Virus record (IMG/VR): IMGVR_UViG_3300044641_009805
Span: 124,001-188,000 of that record
DNA: 64,000 nt
Reading direction: 5' to 3' (one strand)
Part shown: positions 19,847 through 28,337 of the stretch, in pieces
Layout: each line of letters starts with the position of its first letter
How positions within the stretch are numbered: the first letter of the stretch is position 1
Made by a program: the position numbers and the translations under genes
Notes under the pieces: model-generated
Database searches by the model: none
Told to the model about the DNA's origin: nothing
The model's input: the letters and a program-made list of their open reading frames with translations, nothing else

Positions 19847-21091
19847 ATGCAGAAAAAGACAATATTGTTACTTTCAGATCACCCACTTTCTACGAGCGGA
19901 GTAGGAACTCAAGCTAGATGGTTGATTAATGGATTGATTTCTACAGGAAAATATAAGTTTAAGTGCTTCGGCGGTGCAATGAAGCATGAAGACTATAGAA
20001 CGATTGTAGTAAATGAAGATTTCATTATCAAACCGACTAACGGATTTGGTGACAGAAATCTTTTGCGACAAGTCCTTGCGACTGAACGACCAGACGCTCT
20101 AATGCTATTTACCGATCCTAGATTTTTTATTTGGGTTTGGGAAATGGAGGATGAAATACATCAAATATGTCCAATCGCATACAATCATCTATGGGATAAC
20201 GGTCCTTGGCCAGAATTCAATAAAGTGCTATATGAATCTACTGATTTAGTCAATTGTATAAATTGGCCCACCTATCAAATGGTTAAGGAAAGATTTCCAG
20301 AAAAAACCAACTATATTCCTCATGGAGTTCCAAAAGAAATCTATTATCCTCTACCTGAAGATAATTCTAGAAAAAACAAAGTTAAGATCTTAGGTTCCGA
20401 TAGAGCAGATCACTTTGTGGCTCTATATGTCTCTAGAAATGCTAGAAGAAAAATGCCAAGCGATATTTTAGTGTCTTGGAAGCAATTTTTAGATGCTTTG
20501 CAAGAAAAGCATGGTCATAAAAAAGCTACACTTTTGATGCATACAGATCCTCTTGATCATGAAGGTCCTAATCTTTATCATGTTATTGAGATGCTTCAAA
20601 TAGAAAATCATGTGAAATTTTCTAAGAGTAGAGTTGATTTTAATGAAATGAGAGAAGTTTATTCGGCATGTGATACAATCGTTAATAGAAGCTCTAATGA
20701 AGGATTTGGTTTACCCACTTTAGAAGCTATGATGTGTGGAAAGCCCATTATTGCTATTAAAACCGGAGGGTTAACTAGACAAGTTGAAGATCTAGAGACT
20801 GGTGAACAATATGGGATTGCATTAGAACCTGACGTTAAATCTCTGGTTGGTAATCAAATGGTACCTTTCATTTACGAAGATTTAGTTACTCATGAAAAAT
20901 TAGCAAATGCATTTTTAGAAATGTATGAATGGGGTCCTGATAAGAGAAAGCAAGTCGGAATGAGAGCATTAGAACACGCTCACAAAGACTATGATCTAAA
21001 GAAGATTGTTTCTGATTGGGATGTTTCATTGACAAAACTGATTGAAACTTGGAAAGACCAAAGAAAAGCTTGGGAGGTAAATTCTCTATGA
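19847..21091 (+). CDS. Glycosyltransferase family 4
   Basis: SGVG, IPHGV, RNARRK, EGFGLPTLEAMMCGKP. Confidence 0.92.
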   Translation: MQKKTILLLSDHPLSTSGVGTQARWLINGLISTGKYKFKCFGGAMKHEDYRTIVVNEDFIIKPTNGFGDRNLLRQVLATERPDALMLFTDPRFFIWVWEMEDEIHQICPIAYNHLWDNGPWPEFNKVLYESTDLVNCINWPTYQMVKERFPEKTNYIPHGVPKEIYYPLPEDNSRKNKVKILGSDRADHFVALYVSRNARRKMPSDILVSWKQFLDALQEKHGHKKATLLMHTDPLDHEGPNLYHVIEMLQIENHVKFSKSRVDFNEMREVYSACDTIVNRSSNEGFGLPTLEAMMCGKPIIAIKTGGLTRQVEDLETGEQYGIALEPDVKSLVGNQMVPFIYEDLVTHEKLANAFLEMYEWGPDKRKQVGMRALEHAHKDYDLKKIVSDWDVSLTKLIETWKDQRKAWEVNSL

Positions 21092-22248
21092 AAACTGTAG
21101 TTCTCAGGGGTCCTGTGATGACGCAATCTGGATACGGAGTTCATAGTAGACAGGTAGCAAAGTGGTTAATTAATCAACCTGATATTTCCGTGAAATTTAT
21201 GGCAACTCCTTGGGGAGATACTCCATGGATTTTAGATAAAGATTTTGATGATGGATTGGTCGGAAAAATAATGGAAAGAACGGTTGGTCCTGATTACAAG
21301 GCAGACGTTTCTTTTCAACTTCAGCTTCCTAATGAATGGGATCCAAAATTATCTTTAAAAAATATAGGTTTGACAGCATCAGTAGAAACAGACAAGGCTC
21401 ATCCGTCTTGGGTGACTGCTTGCAACAGCATGGATGCAGTTGTTTTTCCTTCTAATCATGCAAAAGAAAGCATTACTTCAATAGGCGAAGTAACTAAACC
21501 AGTTCACGTAATACCAGAATCTTTTTGCGAAGAAATATTAGGTAATGATCACAACTTAGATTTGTCAAAAGTTGACACTGAATTTAATTTTTTAGTGTTC
21601 GGACAACTTACGGGAAATAATCCACACAATGATCGAAAGAATATTCTGTTTACCATCAAATGGTTGTGCGAAGTTTTTAAGGATGATCCTGATGTTGGAA
21701 TAGTTCTAAAGACTAATTCAGGAAGAAATACTAAAATTGATAGAAATCTTATCATTAAGATTCTAAAAAATGTTTTATCTGAAGTTAGAAAAGGTCCATA
21801 TCCTAAATTACATCTTTTGCATGGCGAACTAAGTAATAAAGATGTAGCTGGTCTTTACACGAATCCTAAAATTAAAGCTTTGGTAACTTTGACTAGGGGA
21901 GAAGGATATGGATTACCAATTTTAGAAGCCGCCGCTTCTGGATTACCAGTCATTGCTACAAATTGGTCAGGACACTTAGATTTTTTGAAGCACACCAAAT
22001 TTACTAAGATTGATAGTAAGATCGTCCCAGTCCATCCGTCGCGCATAGATGATAAGATCTTTGTAGCAGGAGCTAAATGGGCTGAACCCCTAGAGTCAGA
22101 TTTTAAGAAAAAAATTGCAAAGTTTAGATCATCTCCTACTTTGCCTAAAGAATGGGCGTTAGAAGGAGCTAATGTGATTAAAGAGAAATATAGGTTTTCA
22201 GAAGTTGCGAAAATTTATGATGATCAATTAGGACATTTCTTAAAATGA
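21088..22248 (+). CDS. Glycosyltransferase family 4
   Basis: SGYG, DRKN, GEGYGLPILEAAASGLPVIATNWSGHLDF; GGAGG SD. Confidence 0.92.
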   Translation: MKTVVLRGPVMTQSGYGVHSRQVAKWLINQPDISVKFMATPWGDTPWILDKDFDDGLVGKIMERTVGPDYKADVSFQLQLPNEWDPKLSLKNIGLTASVETDKAHPSWVTACNSMDAVVFPSNHAKESITSIGEVTKPVHVIPESFCEEILGNDHNLDLSKVDTEFNFLVFGQLTGNNPHNDRKNILFTIKWLCEVFKDDPDVGIVLKTNSGRNTKIDRNLIIKILKNVLSEVRKGPYPKLHLLHGELSNKDVAGLYTNPKIKALVTLTRGEGYGLPILEAAASGLPVIATNWSGHLDFLKHTKFTKIDSKIVPVHPSRIDDKIFVAGAKWAEPLESDFKKKIAKFRSSPTLPKEWALEGANVIKEKYRFSEVAKIYDDQLGHFLK

Positions 22249-22538
22249 TTTATTTTTTGATATTTTCTAATCTTTTAACATTTTCATGTTTGTTTCTCTT
22301 AGTAAAGAGGCACATGCAGACGTTAGAACAGTTTGAAGATTTGACTGAAAGAATTGAAGAATCTTTAGACGTGCTCGATTTTTCTTATGGAAGAATGACA
22401 AAGTTGTTAGAAACACCAGTTGCATTTGATGATCCAATTGCTGTCGAATTAGTACAAAGCGCAAAGAATGCCCGCGATGCCATGCTTTTAGTAGCTAACA
22501 ACATAGTAAACGAAAAATTACAACCGAACAATGAGTAA
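22245..22538 (+). CDS. Small membrane-anchored hypothetical protein
   Basis: N-terminal hydrophobic helix followed by a coiled coil. Confidence 0.6.
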   Translation: MIYFLIFSNLLTFSCLFLLVKRHMQTLEQFEDLTERIEESLDVLDFSYGRMTKLLETPVAFDDPIAVELVQSAKNARDAMLLVANNIVNEKLQPNNE

Positions 22539-23316
22539 AATTGTGGAAGAAACAAAAACAAAAAAAACTAGAAAAAAGAGAAAAAGTGCGCAAACTGATT
22601 CACCCAATGAAGAAGGAACGCAACAAAATCCTAAATTTTATTTCACTTCCAACACTCAAGAAGCTATTTGCAAGTTTCAAAGTTCGGTGGATAAGATTGA
22701 AAGAGAAAGATTGTATGTAGATGAAATAATGCCAGCTTTTGAAAAGCTGGTTGAAAACCTTATTAACATTCATAAGTTTAGCAGCATGTATGATTCTTAT
22801 GAGGACTTAAAGAGTGATTGCGTAAATTTTTTGTTTGAAACAATTCATAAGTTCAACCAATCAATGGGTACCAATGCATTTTCTTACTTTAACGTTGTAG
22901 CAAAGAACTGGTTGATCATAAAAACGAAACAAAAAGCTCAAAAAACAAAGAGAATGGTTAGTTTGAGCGATGTCGAGATGCTTTCAAACAGTGAAATACA
23001 AATAATAGAAGAGTACAACATGGTACCTTCTCAAGATCATGATCTGGATAAGGCCGCATATACCGCTAAGATACTTAAGATGTTGTATGATATCCGCGCC
23101 AAGGTAAAAGTTGAGAATGAACTAGCATGTATCAATTCGGTTATAACAATCTTTGAAAATATTGATGATATTGACATATTGAATAAAAGCGCAATTTTTA
23201 TTTACATGCGTGAGTTATCAGGTTTAAGCCCTAAACAACTGACGACATCAATACAATCGATAAAAAAGCATTATAACAAGCTAAAATTTAATTCCTTAAA
23301 CGATATCTTCGAATAA
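22531..23316 (+). CDS. Phage RNA polymerase sigma factor (T4 gp55-like, probably late)
   Basis: YFTSNTQEAI, EDLKSDCVNFLFETIHKFN, NAFSYFNVVAKNWLI (sigma region 2-like); lies directly before the structural module. Confidence 0.7.
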   Translation: MSKIVEETKTKKTRKKRKSAQTDSPNEEGTQQNPKFYFTSNTQEAICKFQSSVDKIERERLYVDEIMPAFEKLVENLINIHKFSSMYDSYEDLKSDCVNFLFETIHKFNQSMGTNAFSYFNVVAKNWLIIKTKQKAQKTKRMVSLSDVEMLSNSEIQIIEEYNMVPSQDHDLDKAAYTAKILKMLYDIRAKVKVENELACINSVITIFENIDDIDILNKSAIFIYMRELSGLSPKQLTTSIQSIKKHYNKLKFNSLNDIFE

Positions 23317-23324
23317 TTTCAATT

Positions 23325-23696
23325 ATGACTACAGATCTACATGATGCTTTGGAGTTGAGCGACAAGACCATACAGGAAAAAGTAAAAGATTTTAGCACGC
23401 TATTAAATCAAATAGAATCTTTGACTGATAAGAAAAAGCAACTATGGAAAGAGATATACGAAAACGCTATTTGTGATCGACAAAATGCGTACATAATGTT
23501 CACAAAATTGGTGATGATTGTGCATGATAAGAGCACAGAACATGCAGTGCATGGAAGAAACATTTCGTCATACATTGAAAGAATGAGTAAGGCGAACGAT
23601 CAGCTTATCAAGCTAGCTGAACTCGTAGCAAAGGCTGAGACAGCTTCTGAGACCATAGATCCTGATGAAGTGTTTAGTAAAATAAGGGACAACTGA
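23325..23696 (+). CDS. Hypothetical helical protein
   Basis: 123-aa ORF, no recognised motif. Confidence 0.6.
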   Translation: MTTDLHDALELSDKTIQEKVKDFSTLLNQIESLTDKKKQLWKEIYENAICDRQNAYIMFTKLVMIVHDKSTEHAVHGRNISSYIERMSKANDQLIKLAELVAKAETASETIDPDEVFSKIRDN

Positions 23697-23699
23697 AGA

Positions 23700-25265
23700 A
23701 TGGGTAATTCCAGATTACAATCTGAGATAGCTGAAGGTACCTTTAAGACTAACTCTGCAATTCGTGCTGCTTATAATGAGTTTTCCAACAGCGACATTAG
23801 CCTATTCCCTGTTTTCCAAAAGTTTGTAGTTCTTGAAGTTTTTAATTCTCCTTCTGAATTGACGACTGAATCATTAGATTCGATTCAAAGTGCCTACGGT
23901 GAGTTGACAAACTTTGAATTTTCTAGATCTATGCCTCGTAATTCGATTATTGCTAAGCCTGTTTTATCAGACGTTTTAGCAAATCGAGCTGATGCAGCTA
24001 CAACGATGATATTGTATCCTTTTTTCCCATCTCACTTAGCCATTCCATGTAAGGCAGGCGAGCATGTCTGGGTTGTTTTTGAATCTTTGACTGAAAAGAA
24101 AAGCATAGGCTATTGGATATGCCGAATCGTCGGTTCACAACACATAGATGATGTCAACCACAGTCATGCTCCTCGAGAGTACGATAACAGTTTTAATCCT
24201 ACGTTTTCTCCTGAAACAATTCAAGCGATAAATGAACTTCAGGAACCTACCAAACCTCGTTTTCATTTTAAGAACGGAATTTTTATCAACGTTTTAAACG
24301 AAAATGAAGAACCTGATCAAATCGTAAATGTGGACAGTCAATATATTTTGACAAAACAAGATTTCGTAAATGCTTACGAGAACATTATTTTAAATTCTAA
24401 TGCCGCGTCACTAGAGGTAAGAGAACCGATTCCTCGTTTCAAGAAGAGACCAGGAGATTTAGCCCTTGAAGGAAGTAATAATTCTCTGATTGTGTTGGGC
24501 AGAGATAGGTTCGAAAACTATGGACCCAACCCTTTATCTTCAGGAAATTTTTCTGCTGAAACTGCAGCGGGAGCAATAGACATAGTCGTCGGCCGAGGAT
24601 CAGGAAAAAAATCTGCTGATGAAGAAATCGTAAAGAATGAACAAGGGACATCAGGAAAAATCGTAAATAATGATTTAGGAGAACAAGAACTAGATAAATT
24701 TATAACAAATCTAGAACCTCTTGAAGGTGATCCTGACACGCGTAATGACCGCAGCCGCATCATGATTTCTCAAAGAACATCGCCCGATGCAGCTTTAGGG
24801 TTGAATTTGTATAACAAATCCAACTTTGGTCCTGCAACTGGAGATAACTCAGAAGGAGATGCTGCCATAGTTCTAAAAACAGACAAAGTTAGAATAGTGG
24901 CCAGATCTGACATTCAGTTGTTAGTGAAAGGATTTTCTAGTGATGAAGACGCTAACGGGAACCCGATAAAAGATGAGAGTGATGACTCTACGAAATATGC
25001 ATCTATCACTATAAAATCTAATGGTGACATAGTGTTTACTCCTTCCAAGCTAGGTTATATAAAGCTAGGAGGAGATGATGCAAATAGAGGAATAGTTTGT
25101 TCAGATTTTCCTGTGACACCTACAGGAGGTGGCATCGTGGGAGGACCGTTGCTGACGACCATGGGTGGTCAATTTGCAGGAGCAAAGAGTGCAAATTCAG
25201 CCGGTAACCTAGGGGCTATCGCACCTTCTTTAGGAACCTATGCAAACAAAGTACTAATTAAGTGA
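23700..25265 (+). CDS. Baseplate hub/central spike (gp5/VgrG-like)
   Basis: OB-fold-like PFFPSHLAIPCKAGEHVWV...YWI; PGDLALEGSNNSLIVLG; beta-helix-like IVLKTDKVRIVARSDI; upstream of gp25/gp6. Confidence 0.6.
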   Translation: MGNSRLQSEIAEGTFKTNSAIRAAYNEFSNSDISLFPVFQKFVVLEVFNSPSELTTESLDSIQSAYGELTNFEFSRSMPRNSIIAKPVLSDVLANRADAATTMILYPFFPSHLAIPCKAGEHVWVVFESLTEKKSIGYWICRIVGSQHIDDVNHSHAPREYDNSFNPTFSPETIQAINELQEPTKPRFHFKNGIFINVLNENEEPDQIVNVDSQYILTKQDFVNAYENIILNSNAASLEVREPIPRFKKRPGDLALEGSNNSLIVLGRDRFENYGPNPLSSGNFSAETAAGAIDIVVGRGSGKKSADEEIVKNEQGTSGKIVNNDLGEQELDKFITNLEPLEGDPDTRNDRSRIMISQRTSPDAALGLNLYNKSNFGPATGDNSEGDAAIVLKTDKVRIVARSDIQLLVKGFSSDEDANGNPIKDESDDSTKYASITIKSNGDIVFTPSKLGYIKLGGDDANRGIVCSDFPVTPTGGGIVGGPLLTTMGGQFAGAKSANSAGNLGAIAPSLGTYANKVLIK

Positions 25266-25274
25266 GGTCTTAAC

Positions 25275-27776
25275 ATGGGAATGGGTTGTCAAGTTGCTGC
25301 TGGCATCTTAAAAGAAGATGACTTGACTTTGACTGAAAAAGCAAAAAACAAATTCATAGAAGAGGTCAAGGACATTGTCATAAATGGATCAGAGAACCTC
25401 ACTATACCATCCCCTTTTCCCTGTGGCGATCCTATTCCACCGAATCCAAATATGGATCCGCAGGCATTTAATTTAGAAGTCGAGTCAATCTTTTCAGATT
25501 TTCACAAGAACACAGTAAAAGGCCAGTACGAAAAGATAGCTAAATCTCTCAATCTAGAGTCGACCTTCAGCTTATTGCCAGCTTTGGCGGACCCCATAGC
25601 ATTAGCTGGATCTTTTGGCATTGAAATGCCAGAATTATCATTTCCTAGCGGTTTTATACCGTATTTTACAGGATTGCTTGTTCCCAAGTTTGCCATAGAT
25701 TTGTTAGCAGCAGGAGTTCCAGATTTTTTCCCTCCAGTTTTATTGGTACCAAAGCTCCTTGAACTAGTCAAGGTCCCATCAATACCTTCATTACCCTTGC
25801 CGCCTGATGTACCTTTTCCGCCGCCAATTCCTGGAATACCTAGCCCTCCAATCCCGGAATTACCAGCTCTCCCTTCCATACCAGGCTTAGAGATTCCTCC
25901 AATTCCTGGAATTCCGAATCCTCTTGAGGCATTTTTAGACTTTGTGGATTTACAGGTTGCTTTAGTTACAGGCATTCCTAACTTGTTGGTTGAGATGATC
26001 GCGAAGATACCTGGTTTTTTGCCTAAATTAGGAGATATAAAAGCGATATTAGCAGAAATATGCGGCATGGTGAGAGACTCTGGTATTTTTGGTAACATCA
26101 AACCCACGTCTTCTGTTCAGGCTGCAGCAACAGTGGTGTTGGCAAGAAAAACAGCTGAATGTTTGTTGAATGCAGCCTTTGCCTCAACGATTGGTATGGC
26201 ACCAGGCAGCGCAGGTTGCGCTATCAACCAGCAAATTTCAGGATATGATGTGGTTAAAAAGAAACCTGCGACAAAGGGACCAGATACACCGTCAGAAAGG
26301 GTTCGTCGTTATGCTCGCAGCCTTGCCGGAGTCAGTGCGGGTCAAAATGACGGAGAACCTTACACATCTTCTTTATACTTTGCCGAAGCCGCGCTATCTC
26401 AAATGAATGATGGTTCTGTGAATTTGATAGGAGAACCAATAGATCCTCAAAATGAAATAACAAAAAATTTTAATATAAATAATATTGAATCATGGTCACC
26501 AGAATTTTCTAAATTAGCTCCTGTCGAGAAAGCTTATGGTCAGTATGAGTGGGCTCGCGCGGCTTCTTTAGCGCATTCTTCTTGTGCCTTATTCGCTAGA
26601 GCCTGTTATTACGCTGGCGGGTTTAACGCGGGATTTTTTACATCATTGTATCCTCCATCCACTGCGCAAGCAGGTTTAAGATTTTCTTTCGTATTGCGAA
26701 ATTATAAATGGTTAAAGGATGACGGGACATTTAACGTAGAACTTTACAACATCATGAACGAACTGTTCAGCGGCGTCAAATCTTCTACAGGAAAAGATTC
26801 TTTTGCTATAGCAAACAATGTGTTAGGTGGATTAGAAATAGACATAGGTCCCGATGGTAGAGCTACAACAGTAACGCCTTCATACAACGAACGTTTAAGT
26901 TCATATATAAAACCCTTTAATGAAAGACCGTACATAGGTACCTATGAATTAGCTAAAATAGCGCAAGGTAAACATCCTGATTGTCCAGATTTTCCAGCTT
27001 TATCACCAGGAGATCTTATATACGTCAAAGGAAAAGCGAACAATGATCACGTTTCGGTGCTGGAAGAACCTCGTCCTGCTGGATTTGAGGCAGATCCTGC
27101 CACTAAACTTCTCAAAGTTCCTTTCATCTCTATCGACGGAGGACAGGTCGATCCGGACAATTTAGGTTCAGTAGAAACTCCTGATGAGTATTACGAAGAT
27201 TTTCCTTATAATTTGAATTACATTGATCCTGATACACAAAAAAAATATCCTGATGGTGCTTATATAAAAGTAGGAGACAAAGTCAGGGTTCTGTTTTATA
27301 CAGAAATTAGAGTTATAACAGTCAAAAGAAATGGAATAGATGTTCCAGATATATCTAACTACTACACAGTAGACATTACGGAGGTTTTAAAGGTCGGTAA
27401 ACCCACAGCGATTTTAAGAGTAAACAGAGATTTAGGCGTCCGTAGCTCTGATGGGTTTTCAATAGGTTCTAGAAATATTACATTGACTAATGGTTCTACT
27501 CTTGCCTATAATGACACTAGAAAAATACAGTATATAGTCAGATCCAATATCATGTTGGATGAGAAAGAGAATAGTCAAGAAAAAAGCCCAGGTGCTGGAA
27601 TTGCGGCAGCTGCCCAAGACGACTTGACAGGTTTCCTCTGGAAACGACGCATTGAATTTAATGGCGGAGATGACCAACGTGTATATAATTGTTTCCCGAC
27701 TTTTGGCGCAAAGCAACTAAAAAAAGCTCAAGACAAAGCTTCCAAAAATAAATCTCCTACTACTGAGACCAAATGA
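25275..27776 (+). CDS. Virion protein with a Pro-rich linker and a putative NlpC/P60-CHAP peptidoglycan peptidase domain
   Basis: PPIPGIP repeats; SSCALFARAC (Cys), PGDLIYV...NDHVSV (His), ISIDGGQ. Confidence 0.55.
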   Translation: MGMGCQVAAGILKEDDLTLTEKAKNKFIEEVKDIVINGSENLTIPSPFPCGDPIPPNPNMDPQAFNLEVESIFSDFHKNTVKGQYEKIAKSLNLESTFSLLPALADPIALAGSFGIEMPELSFPSGFIPYFTGLLVPKFAIDLLAAGVPDFFPPVLLVPKLLELVKVPSIPSLPLPPDVPFPPPIPGIPSPPIPELPALPSIPGLEIPPIPGIPNPLEAFLDFVDLQVALVTGIPNLLVEMIAKIPGFLPKLGDIKAILAEICGMVRDSGIFGNIKPTSSVQAAATVVLARKTAECLLNAAFASTIGMAPGSAGCAINQQISGYDVVKKKPATKGPDTPSERVRRYARSLAGVSAGQNDGEPYTSSLYFAEAALSQMNDGSVNLIGEPIDPQNEITKNFNINNIESWSPEFSKLAPVEKAYGQYEWARAASLAHSSCALFARACYYAGGFNAGFFTSLYPPSTAQAGLRFSFVLRNYKWLKDDGTFNVELYNIMNELFSGVKSSTGKDSFAIANNVLGGLEIDIGPDGRATTVTPSYNERLSSYIKPFNERPYIGTYELAKIAQGKHPDCPDFPALSPGDLIYVKGKANNDHVSVLEEPRPAGFEADPATKLLKVPFISIDGGQVDPDNLGSVETPDEYYEDFPYNLNYIDPDTQKKYPDGAYIKVGDKVRVLFYTEIRVITVKRNGIDVPDISNYYTVDITEVLKVGKPTAILRVNRDLGVRSSDGFSIGSRNITLTNGSTLAYNDTRKIQYIVRSNIMLDEKENSQEKSPGAGIAAAAQDDLTGFLWKRRIEFNGGDDQRVYNCFPTFGAKQLKKAQDKASKNKSPTTETK

Positions 27777-27854
27777 AGTTGGTAAATTTACGAGCAAAAG
27801 ACAAGTGGTCTTATTTTTTTCTTTAGATATTTACTCTTGCAAAAGATATTTGGC

Positions 27855-28319
27855 ATGGGTAGCTTTAATTTCAAGAGTTCTGGAAAGCTTGCTTCACAAC
27901 CCACTACGGCTGTTGAGCAGACTTTTTTGCAACCTATTGGTATAAAGACCCCCTTGCAGGTTAGCGATAAGGACATATATGCTATGCATTATAGCTTAGC
28001 TGATCAGATACATGATAATTTGAAGAATTTGCTTTTGACTAACTGGGGTGAGCGTTTAGGTTCGTATTATTTTGGCGCAAATTTAAGAGAATTGACATCA
28101 GAGATATCAAATCTCGATGCATTCGATGAACTAGCTATCACAAGAATAAGAAGCGCTGTTGAAAAATGGATGCCTTTCGTTTCTTTGAAAGATTTTTCTT
28201 CTTCTGCCGATAATGTCAACAATTTTTCTACAGCTATTGTTAAGATTACGATAACTTATACTGTCCCTAAGATTAGCACTGAAATTAGATCATTGCAGAT
28301 AGTCTTGTATGCAATATAA
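27855..28319 (+). CDS. Baseplate wedge / sheath initiator (gp25-like)
   Basis: NLKNLLLTNWGER...FGANL...IRSAVEKWMPFV. Confidence 0.9.
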   Translation: MGSFNFKSSGKLASQPTTAVEQTFLQPIGIKTPLQVSDKDIYAMHYSLADQIHDNLKNLLLTNWGERLGSYYFGANLRELTSEISNLDAFDELAITRIRSAVEKWMPFVSLKDFSSSADNVNNFSTAIVKITITYTVPKISTEIRSLQIVLYAI

Positions 28320-28337
28320 TGTAATGGTGGAACTATT

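Noticed and set aside
2542-22248. Host O-antigen/capsule locus
   Set aside because: No flippase, polymerase, ABC exporter or initiating transferase; interleaved with phage-type genes and sharing their promoter style
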